DNA of 56,176 bases from a virus (Duplodnaviria > Caudoviricetes), in the IMG/VR virus record IMGVR_UViG_3300050020_000040, positions 1 through 56,176 of that record. The stretch is one strand, 5' to 3'. The translations under genes and the position numbers were made by a program. This document shows positions 39,332-50,452 of the stretch, piece by piece. Numbering within the stretch: position 1 is the first letter of the stretch; every line of letters begins with the position of its first letter. The notes beneath the pieces are model-generated. The model saw only the letters and a list, made by a program, of their open reading frames with translations. It was not told where the DNA came from and ran no database searches.

Positions 39332-39500
39332 ATGTTCGGGAAGCAGAACGCACAGAGGGCCGCCACAGCCGCCATCTGGTCCACGTACTCCATGGGGTCA
39401 CACACCTACCCCCGCCCAGCTCGGGGCCATCCTGAACGTCCCGGAGAGGGTGGCACGGCGACGTCTGGACCTCGCCCACAAGCTGGGGCTCTACTCGTGA
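39332..39500 (+). pseudogene. Small HTH-like gene carrying a frameshift
   Basis: RBS+ATG frame MFGKQNAQ... and a second frame TPAQLGAILNVPERVARRRL..*; span is 169 nt. Confidence 0.4.
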
Positions 39501-40183
39501 GCAAGCCGCGCCTCTTGGATTTGTTCTGTGGTGCCGGCGGGGCGGCGATGGGCTACTCCCGCGCGGGCTTCGAGGTCGTCGGCGTGGACATCAAGCCCCA
39601 GCCTCACTACTGCGGGGACGAGTTTCACCAGGCGGACTGGCGGGAGTGGGCGAGTGGCACGATGACGTTCGACGTCCTCCACGCCTCGCCACCGTGCCCG
39701 CGGTACAGTTCGATCTCTCGGGTCCACGGGACCGCCGCCAACCACCCCGATCTTGTCGGCCAGGTCCGCGAGGTATTGATCGCGAGCGGGCTCCCCTACG
39801 TCATCGAGAACGTGGGCGGCGCCCCCCTCCGCGACCCGGTCATGCTCTGCGGCTCGATGTTTGGCCTCGGGGTCACCTGTGATGACGGCCAGTGGCGACA
39901 GCTACGCCGGCACCGACTGTTCGAGACTCCCGTCCTGATGCTCACTCCCAACTGTCAGCACGACGGCGAGCCCATCGGCGTCTATGGCCACGGGGGCGGC
40001 CAGGTCAAGACGGCGCGCTCCGGGCTGGGCACAAACCGCGGCTACATGGGACGGGTCCACGAGCGCGGTCCCGCGATGGGGATTGACTGGATGACTGTCA
40101 CCGAACTCTCGCAAGCTATTCCCCCAGCGTATACAGAGTGGATCGGCCGTCAGTTGATGGCGCAACTGGAGACGAACCCATGA
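39497..40183 (+). CDS. DNA (cytosine-5) methyltransferase
   Basis: LLDLFCGAGG, GVDI, HASPPC, VIENV, R.RLF, QAIPP. Confidence 0.9.
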   Translation: MSKPRLLDLFCGAGGAAMGYSRAGFEVVGVDIKPQPHYCGDEFHQADWREWASGTMTFDVLHASPPCPRYSSISRVHGTAANHPDLVGQVREVLIASGLPYVIENVGGAPLRDPVMLCGSMFGLGVTCDDGQWRQLRRHRLFETPVLMLTPNCQHDGEPIGVYGHGGGQVKTARSGLGTNRGYMGRVHERGPAMGIDWMTVTELSQAIPPAYTEWIGRQLMAQLETNP

Positions 40184-40711
40184 GCCGTGAATCTCCCCAC
40201 CGCTGCGAAACCTGCCCCACCATGATCCCCGAAGGTCGAGCGCGCTTCTGCCCTCCCTGTCGGCATCGGGTGGCCTCCGAAGCAGCCACGCGGCAGCAGA
40301 CGGGCTACCGCCGGTTACGCAACGCCCTCCCCGCCAGTTGGCACCGCTGCGCTCTCTGTGGGATGCGCCACCAACTGAATGAGATGCGGCTGTGCTGGGT
40401 ATGCGAGTACGAACTGGCCCACCCCGGGCATACCGTCTGGGGGGAGTTCGTCCTCAGCGAGAGAACAGCGGACGAGGCCAGCACCCCCGCTACCCGTAGC
40501 TCGGCGGCGGGGTGGCTCTCCCTGTGGGGATCGGCATGAGCGACGCCCCCTGTTTCTCCAGGAAGGTCCCCTATGCCGATAGCGAGGCAGCGAGACGCGC
40601 CACCATCGGCTCCCCACTGAGAAGGTATCGCTGTGCCGCTTGCGGCCTGTGGCACCTGTCGAGGGAGACGAAGGTGGAGTACCGCAGGCTCCGACGGAGG
40701 GCGATGGCCTA

Positions 40712-41527
40712 ATGCCTCGCATCCGAAGCGTGAAGCCCGACCTGCCCCAGGACGAGCGCGTCGGCAGGGTGAGCCGTGAAGCCCGCCTGTGCTGGCTGCT
40801 GTGCTTCACGGTGGCCGACGACGCCGGCCGATTCCGCGCTCACCCCGCACTTCTCGCCGGGGTGCTCTACCCGTACGACGCCCTCACGCCTGAACCCGTC
40901 GAGGGGTGGCTCCGGGAGCTTGACGGAGCCGGGCTGCTTATCTGCTACCAGGACGGCAGCCAACAGTACGCCGAGATTCCCAACTGGCTAACCCACCAGC
41001 GCATCGACCATCCAGCGGAGACGCGCTTCCCCGATCCCGTTGATTGTTCTCGCACATTCTCGGACATTGTGACGAGAATATCCGAGGGCCCCCGAGTTTC
41101 TCGCCTATCGTGCGCGCGCGTAGGTGCGTTCCACTCCCATCCTAAAGAACATGTACTTAACACTGAGCGTACGAATACGGAGAGTACGCGCGAGGTTGCG
41201 AGATTTACGTCAATCTGGAACGAGAATTGTTCCCCGCTGCCAGGAATCCGCAAACCACCCACCCGCCGAGACCCCGTGAGGCTCGTACTTTCGGCATGGG
41301 GGGCGTTCGACGGCGACGAGGCTGAGCTGGGTGCGGCCATCCGGCGGTGTGCTCTGGACCCCCACTATCGGGAGGGTTCGTACGGGTTCGAGACGTTCTG
41401 CCGCCACCTAGACAGGTTCACGTCTGACCCCGTTGCCCCGCAGACCCAGCAGGAGCGGGACCGGGAGACGATTGCCCAGCGCTACGCAGGAGGTGGTATA
41501 GTCGTGGATATGGAGGGTACGACGTGA
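40712..41527 (+). CDS. Phage replication initiator / replisome organiser
   Basis: MPRIRSVKP..DE.V..VS..ARL.W....ADDAGR...NW..HQ.I..P. Confidence 0.8.
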   Translation: MPRIRSVKPDLPQDERVGRVSREARLCWLLCFTVADDAGRFRAHPALLAGVLYPYDALTPEPVEGWLRELDGAGLLICYQDGSQQYAEIPNWLTHQRIDHPAETRFPDPVDCSRTFSDIVTRISEGPRVSRLSCARVGAFHSHPKEHVLNTERTNTESTREVARFTSIWNENCSPLPGIRKPPTRRDPVRLVLSAWGAFDGDEAELGAAIRRCALDPHYREGSYGFETFCRHLDRFTSDPVAPQTQQERDRETIAQRYAGGGIVVDMEGTT

Positions 41528-42024
41528 GCGAGTTCCAACCTGGGGCCGTGGTGCGCTACCTGACGCCCGTAGTCGTCTTCGGGGCGGGGGTCTGCCCCGA
41601 TTGCCAAGGCCCCACACGGTGCGCCGGCTGCGGCAAAGAGGTGGAGGGATACGGGCTCATGGACGCCACCTCGGCGTGGTCGGATTGCAACCGGGCAGAC
41701 GGGCATCTCTTCCGCGTGGACGACATCACCAGTACCAACAACCCCGAGAGGGTGAGAATCGCCATCTACGTCCCCGCCGATCAGATGTCGGCGTTAGAGG
41801 ATGTGGGTTACGAGGATAGCGGGGCCAACCGTACGCCCGCGTTGCCAGGTTGCCCGACTTGTGGGACTGCGCCGAAGTGAACGCTCTAGCGGCTCTCGCC
41901 ATCCTGCTCATCGCTGCGGCCACGGTAGTGCTCATCCTGGCTCCGACTGCGCTTCTGGTGATAGCGGTGCTCGTGGGGGCGGCGGTGTTCATCGGGTTGG
42001 ATTGGGCAACCGAAGGCCACCCAC

Positions 42025-42645
42025 ATGGATGACGCCTCCTGGGCCGCGATGCTGACGGCGATGCGTGCTGCCTGGCCCCATGACCGCAGCGTCGTCGATC
42101 CCGCCGTGGACACGATGTACCGGCGCGCTCTGGGGCGCCACGACCCCGGGATGATGCAGGCCGCCATCGACACGCTCTCGATGAGTTCGCCGCGCTTCCC
42201 GAGCATCGCCCAGTTCGCGGAAGTCCTCCGAGGGTATGAGCATGACATGGCGCTGGAGAACCAAGCCCGCGCCCTCCTGCCCGGCCCGAAGATCCCCGAG
42301 ACGCGGGAGGACCGGCTGGCGGGACTGCGAGAGCAACGCGACGGCTGGGGGCCGTACCCGTGGGAACAGGGGAGGATGGCCGAGCTTGCCGTCACCGCCC
42401 GCCGGCAGGACTGGACGCCCGAGCATCTTGCCGCGAAGATGGCGGAGGCTGATCGGGTCGGCCCCGTGGTCCGCTGGCGGGAGATGAGCTTCGGAACCTT
42501 TACTAACGACGCGGCTAAGGCAAGGTTACGCGACAAGGTACTCTCGTCGCATCAGTGGTACGATAGCTTGGCGGACTTCGCCGCTGCGCTCAGAGGGGAG
42601 CACCGCGACTTGGTTACGCTGGCACCCAAGGGAGGCATCCTGTGA
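42025..42645 (+). CDS. Helicase loader/inhibitor-like protein
   Basis: Downstream of initiator; AAI.......RFPSIA motif. Confidence 0.5.
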   Translation: MDDASWAAMLTAMRAAWPHDRSVVDPAVDTMYRRALGRHDPGMMQAAIDTLSMSSPRFPSIAQFAEVLRGYEHDMALENQARALLPGPKIPETREDRLAGLREQRDGWGPYPWEQGRMAELAVTARRQDWTPEHLAAKMAEADRVGPVVRWREMSFGTFTNDAAKARLRDKVLSSHQWYDSLADFAAALRGEHRDLVTLAPKGGIL

Positions 42646-43106
42646 GCCAGTATCCGATCACCCGTCGCCCTCGCCACTGGGCGGGATGGCGCAAGCTGAC
42701 GCGCTGGGACGGAGCCACGTCCTGGGTACCGCCGACGTTCGGACGCCCCGACGAGGAGCGCGCCATGGCCGGGATGACGCCGCTCACGCTGCTGCTGTGT
42801 GTCCTCGCCGGAGCCGTGGGGTGGCTGGTGCTGTTCTTCGGCATCTGGTGGCTCGTCGCCCACCTCGGGGGGATGATGTGATGCCCGACTTTGTATCCAT
42901 CATCGTTGAGATCCACCACTCGCCAGAGGATACGGCCGTCAAGGTCATGGAGCGCGTTCGGGCTGCCGTGGCCGCGGAGTATCGGGGATGCAGCGACGGG
43001 TTCCTGGATACGGGCGACGAGACGGAGATCAGCGAGCACACTGGGCCGTGTTCCGTGGACTTCTGCGGAACGGATCGTGCCCATTGGATGGCATAGGGGA
43101 GATGCT

Positions 43107-45278
43107 GTGATCGAGTACGGGAACTTCCTCTCTGCGAAAGAGGTCAAGCCGCCCGCGAGTGGGATCGAGGCGTCCGACATCCACCCCATGCTATATGGAT
43201 TCCAGTCCGCGATCACGCGCTGGGCCGTGGCTCGTGGGCGTGCGGCGATCTTTGCTGACTGCGGTCTGGGCAAGACGTTCATGCAAGTGGAATGGGCTCG
43301 GCAGATTGGAGGGCCGTCGCTGATCGTGTGCCCCTTGGCCGTGGCAGAGCAGACCATCTTCGAGGCTGCTAAGTTGGGTATCCCGGTGACCTCCGCTGAC
43401 GATGGGCGCACCGATGGCATCACCATCACGAACTATGAACGTCTGCATCGATTCTCGCCAGAGAACTACCGCGCCCTAGTGCTGGACGAAAGCTCCATCC
43501 TCAAGTCCGTGGGCGGTAAGACACGAACCAAACTGATCCGCGACTGGTCCGTGATCCCCTATCGGCTGTGCTGCACGGCGACCCCTGCCCCCAACGACAT
43601 AGCCGAACTGGCTAACCACGCGGAGTTCCTCGGCATAATGACGCGGGCCGAGATGCTCGCTACGTACTTCGTCCACGATGACCGAGAATGGCGGCTCAAA
43701 GGCCACGCCGAGGAAGCGTTCTGGCGTTGGCTCTCCGTGTGGTCGGTGTACGTGCGACGACCATCGGATATCGGTTACACGGACGAGAGTTTCGACCTTC
43801 CACCTCTGCACATTCGGGACCGCTCCGTGGCCGTGGATATCCTGCCCGATGGAGTATTGTTCCCCGCGCTAACGGCTGGCATCCAGGGGCGCTCCATCGC
43901 CCGCCGTGGTTCGTTGGAGCCCCGCATCGATGCGGTGGTAGACGAGATCAAGGCGAGTACGGAGCAATGGGTGGTCTGGTGTGGGCTGAACGCTGAGGCC
44001 ACCGGGCTAACGTCCCGGCTAAACGGGGAAGGCGTGACCGCCGTCAACATCGAGGGGGCTAACAGCGAGACAGACAAGGTGGACCGTGAGCACTCGTGGC
44101 GCTCCGGTAAGGTCCGCGTCCTGGTCACAAAGCAAGCCATATTCGGATGGGGGCTGAACTGGCAGCACTGTCACCGAATGGCTTTCCTAGGTCTGGGCGA
44201 CAGTTATGAGCAGTATTACCAAGCGATCCGCCGGTGCTGGCGGTTCGGCCAAAAGGAGCCGGTAGACGTGCTGATTGTTACTTCGGAGGCGGAGGGGGCC
44301 ATCGTCCAGAACGTGCGCCGCAAGGAGCAGGATGCCGAGGAAACGACACGGCGTGTTGTGGGGGCAATGCGCGAGCTGGAAACTGCCGCCGTGGCGGGAG
44401 CCGTGCGCGATACCAGCGACTACGCAACGGACGAGGCCAGTGGCGCCGGGTGGCAACTCATGCTCGGGGATAGCTGCGAGAGATTGAAGGAGATCGCGGA
44501 CGGGACGGTGGGGTTCTCTGTGTTCTCACCGCCGTTTGCATCGCTCTACACCTATAGCGCGTCAGACCGCGACCTAGGGAACAGCCGCAACTACGAGCAG
44601 TTCTTTGAGCACTTCGGTTACATCATCACGGAGCTGCTACGGGTGAGCATGCCTGGTCGCCGGTGCGCCGTCCACGTTCAACAAGTCACCACCACCAAGG
44701 CTACGCATGGTGTCATCGGTTGGCGCGACTTCCGGGCCGATACCGTCAAGGCGTTCACGGCTCAGGGATGGGTGTACGACGGCGAAGTGGTGATCGACAA
44801 GGACCCCCAAGCACAGGCGATTCGCACCAAGAGCAAGGCGCTGATGTTCGTCCAAAAGGAGCGCGATTCAGCGTGGCTGCGGCCAGCCATGGCCGACTAC
44901 ATTGTCCTGTTCCGCCACCCCGGAGACAACCCGCAGCCCATCCACGGCGACGTATCGAACGAGGATTGGATACTCTGGGCACGCCCGATCTGGTATGGCA
45001 TACGGGAAACCAAAACGCTACAGGCTGCCGCGGCCCGAACGGACAAGGACGAGAAACATATTGCCCCGTTGCAACTGGAGACGGTTGAGCGGTGCGTTCG
45101 GCTGTGGACCAACCGAGGCGACCTGGTGTGCTCGCCGTTCGCTGGGATCGGAACCGAGGGCTATGTGGCCTTGCAACAAGGGCGCCGGTTCGTCGGGATC
45201 GAGCTAAAGCGGGCGTATTGGGAACAGGCGCGTATCAACCTCAGCACGGCTCTGGCGCAGCAGGAGTTGTTTACATGA
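43107..45278 (+). CDS. SNF2-like helicase fused to N4/N6 DNA methyltransferase
   Basis: DCGLGKT, LDESS, TATPAPND, QAIRRCWRFGQ; FSPPF, H.APLQ, SPFAGIG.EG, GIELK. Confidence 0.9.
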   Translation: MIEYGNFLSAKEVKPPASGIEASDIHPMLYGFQSAITRWAVARGRAAIFADCGLGKTFMQVEWARQIGGPSLIVCPLAVAEQTIFEAAKLGIPVTSADDGRTDGITITNYERLHRFSPENYRALVLDESSILKSVGGKTRTKLIRDWSVIPYRLCCTATPAPNDIAELANHAEFLGIMTRAEMLATYFVHDDREWRLKGHAEEAFWRWLSVWSVYVRRPSDIGYTDESFDLPPLHIRDRSVAVDILPDGVLFPALTAGIQGRSIARRGSLEPRIDAVVDEIKASTEQWVVWCGLNAEATGLTSRLNGEGVTAVNIEGANSETDKVDREHSWRSGKVRVLVTKQAIFGWGLNWQHCHRMAFLGLGDSYEQYYQAIRRCWRFGQKEPVDVLIVTSEAEGAIVQNVRRKEQDAEETTRRVVGAMRELETAAVAGAVRDTSDYATDEASGAGWQLMLGDSCERLKEIADGTVGFSVFSPPFASLYTYSASDRDLGNSRNYEQFFEHFGYIITELLRVSMPGRRCAVHVQQVTTTKATHGVIGWRDFRADTVKAFTAQGWVYDGEVVIDKDPQAQAIRTKSKALMFVQKERDSAWLRPAMADYIVLFRHPGDNPQPIHGDVSNEDWILWARPIWYGIRETKTLQAAAARTDKDEKHIAPLQLETVERCVRLWTNRGDLVCSPFAGIGTEGYVALQQGRRFVGIELKRAYWEQARINLSTALAQQELFT

Positions 45279-45646
45279 CGTGGGCATTCACCGTCCCGCT
45301 CCCCGCCTCGCTGCCGTCACCAAATAGCAGAATCCACTGGGCAGAGCGAGCCCGACGGGTGAAACAGGCCCGCGAGATCGTGGCCCTCGCAGCTCGGAGC
45401 GAGCGCAACCGGCTCGACCTCGACAAAGCCGCCAAGCCCCGGACGGTACAGCTCACGCGCATCTACTCCGCCCGCCACAAGATCATGGACGCAGATAACG
45501 TTACCGCCTCGCTCAAGGGACCGATCGACGGGCTACGGGATGCAGGGTGGCTGGTGGACGATACCCCCGCTTGGCTGACGCTCCTGCCGATGGAGCAGGA
45601 GAAGGGACGGCTACCGGGGCTCCGGGTCGAGATCAACGAGCCGTGA
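45275..45646 (+). CDS. rusA: RusA-like Holliday junction resolvase
   Basis: PSPN...HW; DADN...KG.IDGL.DAG.LVDD. Confidence 0.8.
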   Translation: MTWAFTVPLPASLPSPNSRIHWAERARRVKQAREIVALAARSERNRLDLDKAAKPRTVQLTRIYSARHKIMDADNVTASLKGPIDGLRDAGWLVDDTPAWLTLLPMEQEKGRLPGLRVEINEP

Positions 45647-45750
45647 ACCGTAACCAACCTGTTACCGCACGGCATCCCCGGGGGAGTGTAATCTTCGGGC
45701 ATGGAGATCACCGCTCAGGAGACTGGAATGGTACAGGTCGAGGCAACTTG

Positions 45751-45772
45751 GGATCAGGCGCGGTGGGAACAG
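45751..45772 (+). repeat. 22-bp direct repeat, left copy (target-site duplication)
   Basis: GGATCAGGCGCGGTGGGAACAG, identical at 46625-46646. Confidence 0.9.
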
Positions 45773-45774
45773 AT

Positions 45775-46605
45775 ATGACACTATTCAAGATCACTGACGC
45801 GGACGGCCGAGCCACGAACGGCGGGACGCCGGCCTTTGCCTACCCGCTGCCCGGCAAGCGCCCCGGAGCATGGACGCCAGCGGTGGAGAAGCCTGTCGCC
45901 TGCTCGCGCGGCTACCACCTCACCACCCACCCGCTGAACTACGGCGGCTTGCGTGAGGGCTCCCGCATCTTCCTCGCGGAGCACCGTGGGGCGGTCCACG
46001 TCCAGGGCGACAAGGCCGCCTTCGAGAGCGTGCGGCTGGTGGCGGAGGTAACCCCCGAGTGGCCGTTGCTCCGCATGTGCCCCGAAGCTCTGGCCTGCCT
46101 GATGACGCGCTGGCGCCGTGAGAACGGACCGGACGCGCAGTGGCCGGCCTGGGCCAACCTCAGCGGGGCCGACCTCAGCGGGGCCGACCTCAGCGGGGCC
46201 GACCTCAGCGGGGCCGACCTCAGCTGGGCCAACCTCATCGGGGCCAACCTCAGCGGGGCCGACCTCAGCAGGGCCGACCTCTACGGGGCCTACCTCAGCG
46301 GGGCCTACCTCAGCTGGGCCAACCTCAGCTGGGCCAACCTCAGCGGGGCCTACCTCAGCGGGGCCAACCTCATCGGGGCCAACCTCAGCGGGGCCAACCT
46401 CAGCGGGGCCGACCTCAGCGGGGCCTACCTCAGCGGGGCCAACCTCAGCGGGGCCAACCTCAGCGGGGCCAACCTCAGCGGGGCCAACCTCAGCTGGGCC
46501 AACCTCATCGGGGCCTACCTCAGCGGGGCCTACGGCGACTACACGCTACCCGACACGTTCACGGTCGGTGAGGATGGTATCGTCGTGATGAAGGGGAAGG
46601 CATGA
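45775..46605 (+). CDS. Pentapeptide repeat protein, copy 1 (276 aa)
   Basis: A(D/N/Y)L(S/I)(G/W/R) 15-bp tandem units; N- and C-termini identical to copy 2. Confidence 0.9.
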   Translation: MTLFKITDADGRATNGGTPAFAYPLPGKRPGAWTPAVEKPVACSRGYHLTTHPLNYGGLREGSRIFLAEHRGAVHVQGDKAAFESVRLVAEVTPEWPLLRMCPEALACLMTRWRRENGPDAQWPAWANLSGADLSGADLSGADLSGADLSWANLIGANLSGADLSRADLYGAYLSGAYLSWANLSWANLSGAYLSGANLIGANLSGANLSGADLSGAYLSGANLSGANLSGANLSGANLSWANLIGAYLSGAYGDYTLPDTFTVGEDGIVVMKGKA

Positions 46606-46624
46606 CGCTCCCCGGCGGATTCTC

Positions 46625-46646
46625 GGATCAGGCGCGGTGGGAACAG
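46625..46646 (+). repeat. 22-bp direct repeat, right copy
   Basis: Identical to 45751-45772. Confidence 0.9.
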
Positions 46647-47516
46647 GAGTTCGCGTGGGCCGCCACGGCCCCCACCCACCAGAGCCACCAGATGCAGGCG
46701 CGCGTGGTGCGGCCTCGATGATGACCGCCCCATGCGGATGCCCGCGCTTTGCGACCCGCAAGGGCCACGATGCCTGCCTCGTCAGCCACACCCTCGCCTG
46801 CCTACGGGCACGGCGGGGAGGCAAGTCGCTCGACGAGGCCTACGGGCCAGGCGTCCCGAGTGTGGGGGTTTACACCGCGCTGGCGCGTTCCGGGAAGGTC
46901 GCGCAGTCCTCCCCCCTGCGGGACACGGAGATGAGCGACGAGGCTCACTTCGACGCCTATCTCACCGACCCGTTCACGGGTGACCTCGCATGAACGCGCC
47001 ACGGCACGTCTCGGGCGGAGGCTACGCGTGCTCGGGTACGGAGGGGACCACCTGCTGGTCGGTCCAGACCTTCAACACGGGTTGGGTGAGTATCGAGGTT
47101 AGCCCAGCGGGGCTGGGGGCCATGCGTGCTGAAATCAAAGTGCCCCGACAGGTGGGCATGGACATTGCCAGCGCCATCGCCCGATGCTATGCCGCTGAGC
47201 ACGCGGAGGATGCATGATGGAACTGCTCGCACCGATCGACATTCTCAACGGAGGCGGGGACTACACGGGAACGTGGGCGCGTGACGAGAACATCTGGGTG
47301 GTCATCGCCGGTCGTCGCGTCATGGCCGCGCAGCGCAAGGAGAACGGCGTGATCGTCCAGCGCTGGCTGGAAGGGCGCGGAGACGTGGATGAGAACTACG
47401 TCTCGGAGGCGTCGTGATGCCCTGCTCTCGCGGGGAGGACATCTTCCGTTGGGTGCTCTGCGCTGCGCTGATCGGTGTTATCATCTGGCTCGCGCTTCAG
47501 GTATAATGGTGGGGAT

Positions 47517-48227
47517 ATGACACTATTCAAGATCACTGACGCGGACGGCCGAGCCACGAACGGCGGGACGCCGGCCTTTGCCTACCCGCTGCCCGGCAAG
47601 CGCCCCGGAGCATGGACGCCAGCGGTGGAGAAGCCTGTCGCCTGCTCGCGCGGCTACCACCTCACCACCCACCCGCTGAACTACGGCGGCTTGCGTGAGG
47701 GCTCCCGCATCTTCCTCGCGGAGCACCGTGGGGCGGTCCACGTCCAGGGCGACAAGGCCGCCTTCGAGAGCGTGCGGCTGGTGGCGGAGGTAACCCCCGA
47801 GTGGCCGTTGCTCCGCATGTGCCCCGAAGCTCTGGCCTGCCTGATGACGCGCTGGCGCCGTGAGAACGGACCGGACGCGCAGTGGCCGGCCTGGGCCGAC
47901 CTCAGCGGGGCTGACCTCAGCGGGGCCGACCTCAGCGGGGCCGACCTCAGCTGGGCCAACCTCATCGGGGCCAACCTCATCGGGGCCGACCTCAGCAGGG
48001 CCAACCTCAGCGGGGCCAACCTCATCGGGGCCTACCTCAGCTGGGCCAACCTCAGCGGGGCCAACCTCATCGGGGCCTACCTCAGCGGGGCCAACCTCAG
48101 CTGGGCCAACCTCAGCGGGGCCGACCTCAGCGGGGCCTACCTCAGCGGGGCCTACGGCGACTACACGCTACCCGACACGTTCACGGTCGGTGAGGATGGT
48201 ATCGTCGTGATGAAGGGGAAGGCATGA
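47517..48227 (+). CDS. Pentapeptide repeat protein, copy 2 (236 aa)
   Basis: Same flanks as copy 1, eight fewer repeat units; TATAAT at 47502-47507. Confidence 0.9.
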   Translation: MTLFKITDADGRATNGGTPAFAYPLPGKRPGAWTPAVEKPVACSRGYHLTTHPLNYGGLREGSRIFLAEHRGAVHVQGDKAAFESVRLVAEVTPEWPLLRMCPEALACLMTRWRRENGPDAQWPAWADLSGADLSGADLSGADLSWANLIGANLIGADLSRANLSGANLIGAYLSWANLSGANLIGAYLSGANLSWANLSGADLSGAYLSGAYGDYTLPDTFTVGEDGIVVMKGKA

Positions 48228-48450
48228 CGCTCCCCGGCGGATTCTCGGCAAGCCGGACATGTCCGTGCTGCGGTGGTATCATGTGGGGGCACGGTGTCCA
48301 CGAGGATGACCGATGTTTCTGCCGGGGTGATCGGGATGAGAACGGCGACTGTGAGCGCCACCGTACAGAGGGAGAGGAGCGGTCGCCGGACAATCCGTAC
48401 ACAGACTGGTGCTGTGGCGTCGTCGTTGTTGAACGCTAGGAGTAAGAGGC

Positions 48451-48966
48451 ATGACTGAGAAGCAGACCACGGACGGGCCGAATCCGAAGCGTGGGGCGCC
48501 GTGGACTGTGGAGTACCAGCGAGAGTACGACCGCAAATGGAAGGCGGCCCAGCGGGCGGACCCCGCGCGTCGAGACGCTTACAACGCCTACCAGCGTGAG
48601 TATAGGCGCACCCACCAGATTCCCAACTACCCCGAATGCGGGGAGCGTTACCGTAGGGCGCACCTCCCAATGTACGCTGCCAAGGAGGCCCGCCGGCGCG
48701 CCCATAAACGCGCGTCTGGCGGATCTTTCACTGAGCGGGACTGGCAACGCATTGTGCACCGCTATGGTGGGCTATGTGCCTACTGTGCGGAGCGCCCCGC
48801 CACCACGCGAGACCACGTCTTACCCGTCTGCCGTGGGGGCACAGGGTACATCGGCAACATCCTACCCGCCTGTGGACGGTGCAATTCCGCTAAACGCGGG
48901 CTCCTTTTGATCGAGTTTAAGCGGCGCTTAGGGTTTGCCCGAAGCCTCCTAGAGGAGACAGCATGA
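48451..48966 (+). CDS. HNH endonuclease
   Basis: CAYC...TRDHVLP..RGG...N..PAC..CN..K. Confidence 0.92.
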   Translation: MTEKQTTDGPNPKRGAPWTVEYQREYDRKWKAAQRADPARRDAYNAYQREYRRTHQIPNYPECGERYRRAHLPMYAAKEARRRAHKRASGGSFTERDWQRIVHRYGGLCAYCAERPATTRDHVLPVCRGGTGYIGNILPACGRCNSAKRGLLLIEFKRRLGFARSLLEETA

Positions 48967-50018
48967 CCGAGACTACCGCCGTAGCGGTCGTTCACCAGCA
49001 ATGGAACCGCGACCAGATTGACCTGCTGAAGGCGACGGTCGCGGAGGGGACCACAGACCTGGAGTTCCAGTTGTTCGCCCAGGTGTGCCAGCGGACAGGG
49101 CTTGACCCCTTCGCCCGGCAGATCTACGCGATCAAACGCAAGATGCAAAAGGATGGCCGGTGGGTGGAGCGCATGGTGCTCCAGACCGGCATCGACGGCT
49201 ACCGTGTGATCGCGGAGAGGACCGGCGAGTACGTCGGCGGGGATGAGCCCACCTACGGCGGCGAGTGCCCTTGCGGCAACAAGGCGCTCGGCAAGCACCC
49301 CGAGTGGGCGGCCGTGACGGTTCGCCGGCTGAAGTCGGGCCAGGGGTGGACGACCACCGCGAAGGCATACTTCGACGAGTACGCCCAGACCAAGGCTGAC
49401 GGGCACCCGAATGGCATGTGGGAGAAGATGCCCCGCAACCAGCTTGCAAAGTGTGCCGAAGCTCTAGCCCTGCGGCGTGCGTTCCCCGGGCTCTTTGAGG
49501 GCGTCTACACGTCCGAGGAGATGGGGCAGGCGGACAATGAGGCCCATGCCCCCGTAACGGCCCCCGCAGCCCCGCAGGATGGCAAGGTGGTCGTGGTGGA
49601 TGCCCCGAGAGGAGATGTCATCTGCCCCTGCCCGAAGTGCGGCGAACCTCTGGCCCAGCGCAAGAGCAAGAAGGGCGAGTTCGTGAGTTGCACGTCGTGG
49701 AAGAGCCGCGAGGCGCCGGGCTGCGGGTTCACCGCTGACGGGATGCTCGCAGACTTCGCCAAGGGCGAGGCCGAGTTGGGGGACGCGGAGATCGTGCCCG
49801 CCACGCCCGACCGCGGCGAGATGGTGGCGACGGGAGTGTGCCACGCCTGCCAGGCTCGGGGGCTGACCGCCAAGAGCGGCAAGGCAGTCACCTGGCACAC
49901 GCCGAGCACGGGAGGGCCGCCAGTGTGCACGGGATTCGACCCGGTGACCGATGAGTTCGTGCGCCACGCGATGACCGTGGAGGGGCAGGAGTCTGACGAA
50001 CTGCCTGTTCCGTTCTAG
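48963..50018 (+). CDS. bet: Bet/RecT-like single-strand annealing recombinase with C-terminal Zn ribbons
   Basis: GLDPFARQIY, QTGIDGYR..AERTG, W.KMP..QLAKCAEALALRRAFP. Confidence 0.92.
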   Translation: MTETTAVAVVHQQWNRDQIDLLKATVAEGTTDLEFQLFAQVCQRTGLDPFARQIYAIKRKMQKDGRWVERMVLQTGIDGYRVIAERTGEYVGGDEPTYGGECPCGNKALGKHPEWAAVTVRRLKSGQGWTTTAKAYFDEYAQTKADGHPNGMWEKMPRNQLAKCAEALALRRAFPGLFEGVYTSEEMGQADNEAHAPVTAPAAPQDGKVVVVDAPRGDVICPCPKCGEPLAQRKSKKGEFVSCTSWKSREAPGCGFTADGMLADFAKGEAELGDAEIVPATPDRGEMVATGVCHACQARGLTAKSGKAVTWHTPSTGGPPVCTGFDPVTDEFVRHAMTVEGQESDELPVPF

Positions 50019-50452
50019 TGGGCGCCGAGATCAAGGCCAGTGTCCAATGCTGTCTCTGCCTAGAAAGCCACGCCGTCTCTCCCGTGATCGTTCCGGAGGG
50101 TTGGGTCGTCGGGGAGTATGTCGAGATTGATCAGGAGGGGTTCTGCCCGGCCCATGCTGGCGTAGCCGCCTTCGAGGCCGATCAGTGCCCCGGGTGCGTA
50201 GGTGGGTGGGGCGACTGTGGGATGTGGGAGGCGTTTACCAATCGGTACAGGCGCACCGTCACCCCCGCCGACTACGCCTCGTTGGAGAGCGGTGTCTGCC
50301 CACGACGGGTAAACGGCACCATGGTAGTCAACAACGTCCCCGGCAAGCGCACCATCGAGAGTATCGACCTGAGTGCTCCCGCCGTTGAGGGCGGTCGAGC
50401 CTTTGCCCAGGCGATCCGCGAGTACATCGTGGAGTTCGGAGGTACAGATTGA
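50018..50452 (+). CDS. Cys-rich hypothetical protein
   Basis: Multiple CxxC pairs; coupled ORF. Confidence 0.6.
   Translation: MGAEIKASVQCCLCLESHAVSPVIVPEGWVVGEYVEIDQEGFCPAHAGVAAFEADQCPGCVGGWGDCGMWEAFTNRYRRTVTPADYASLESGVCPRRVNGTMVVNNVPGKRTIESIDLSAPAVEGGRAFAQAIREYIVEFGGTD

Noticed and set aside
41100-41230. Replication origin within the initiator gene
   Set aside because: Locally more AT-rich, but no clear iterons seen
46150-46530. 15-bp tandem repeats as CRISPR array or DGR template/variable repeats
   Set aside because: They are in-frame pentapeptide units with no spacers; no cas or reverse transcriptase gene recognised
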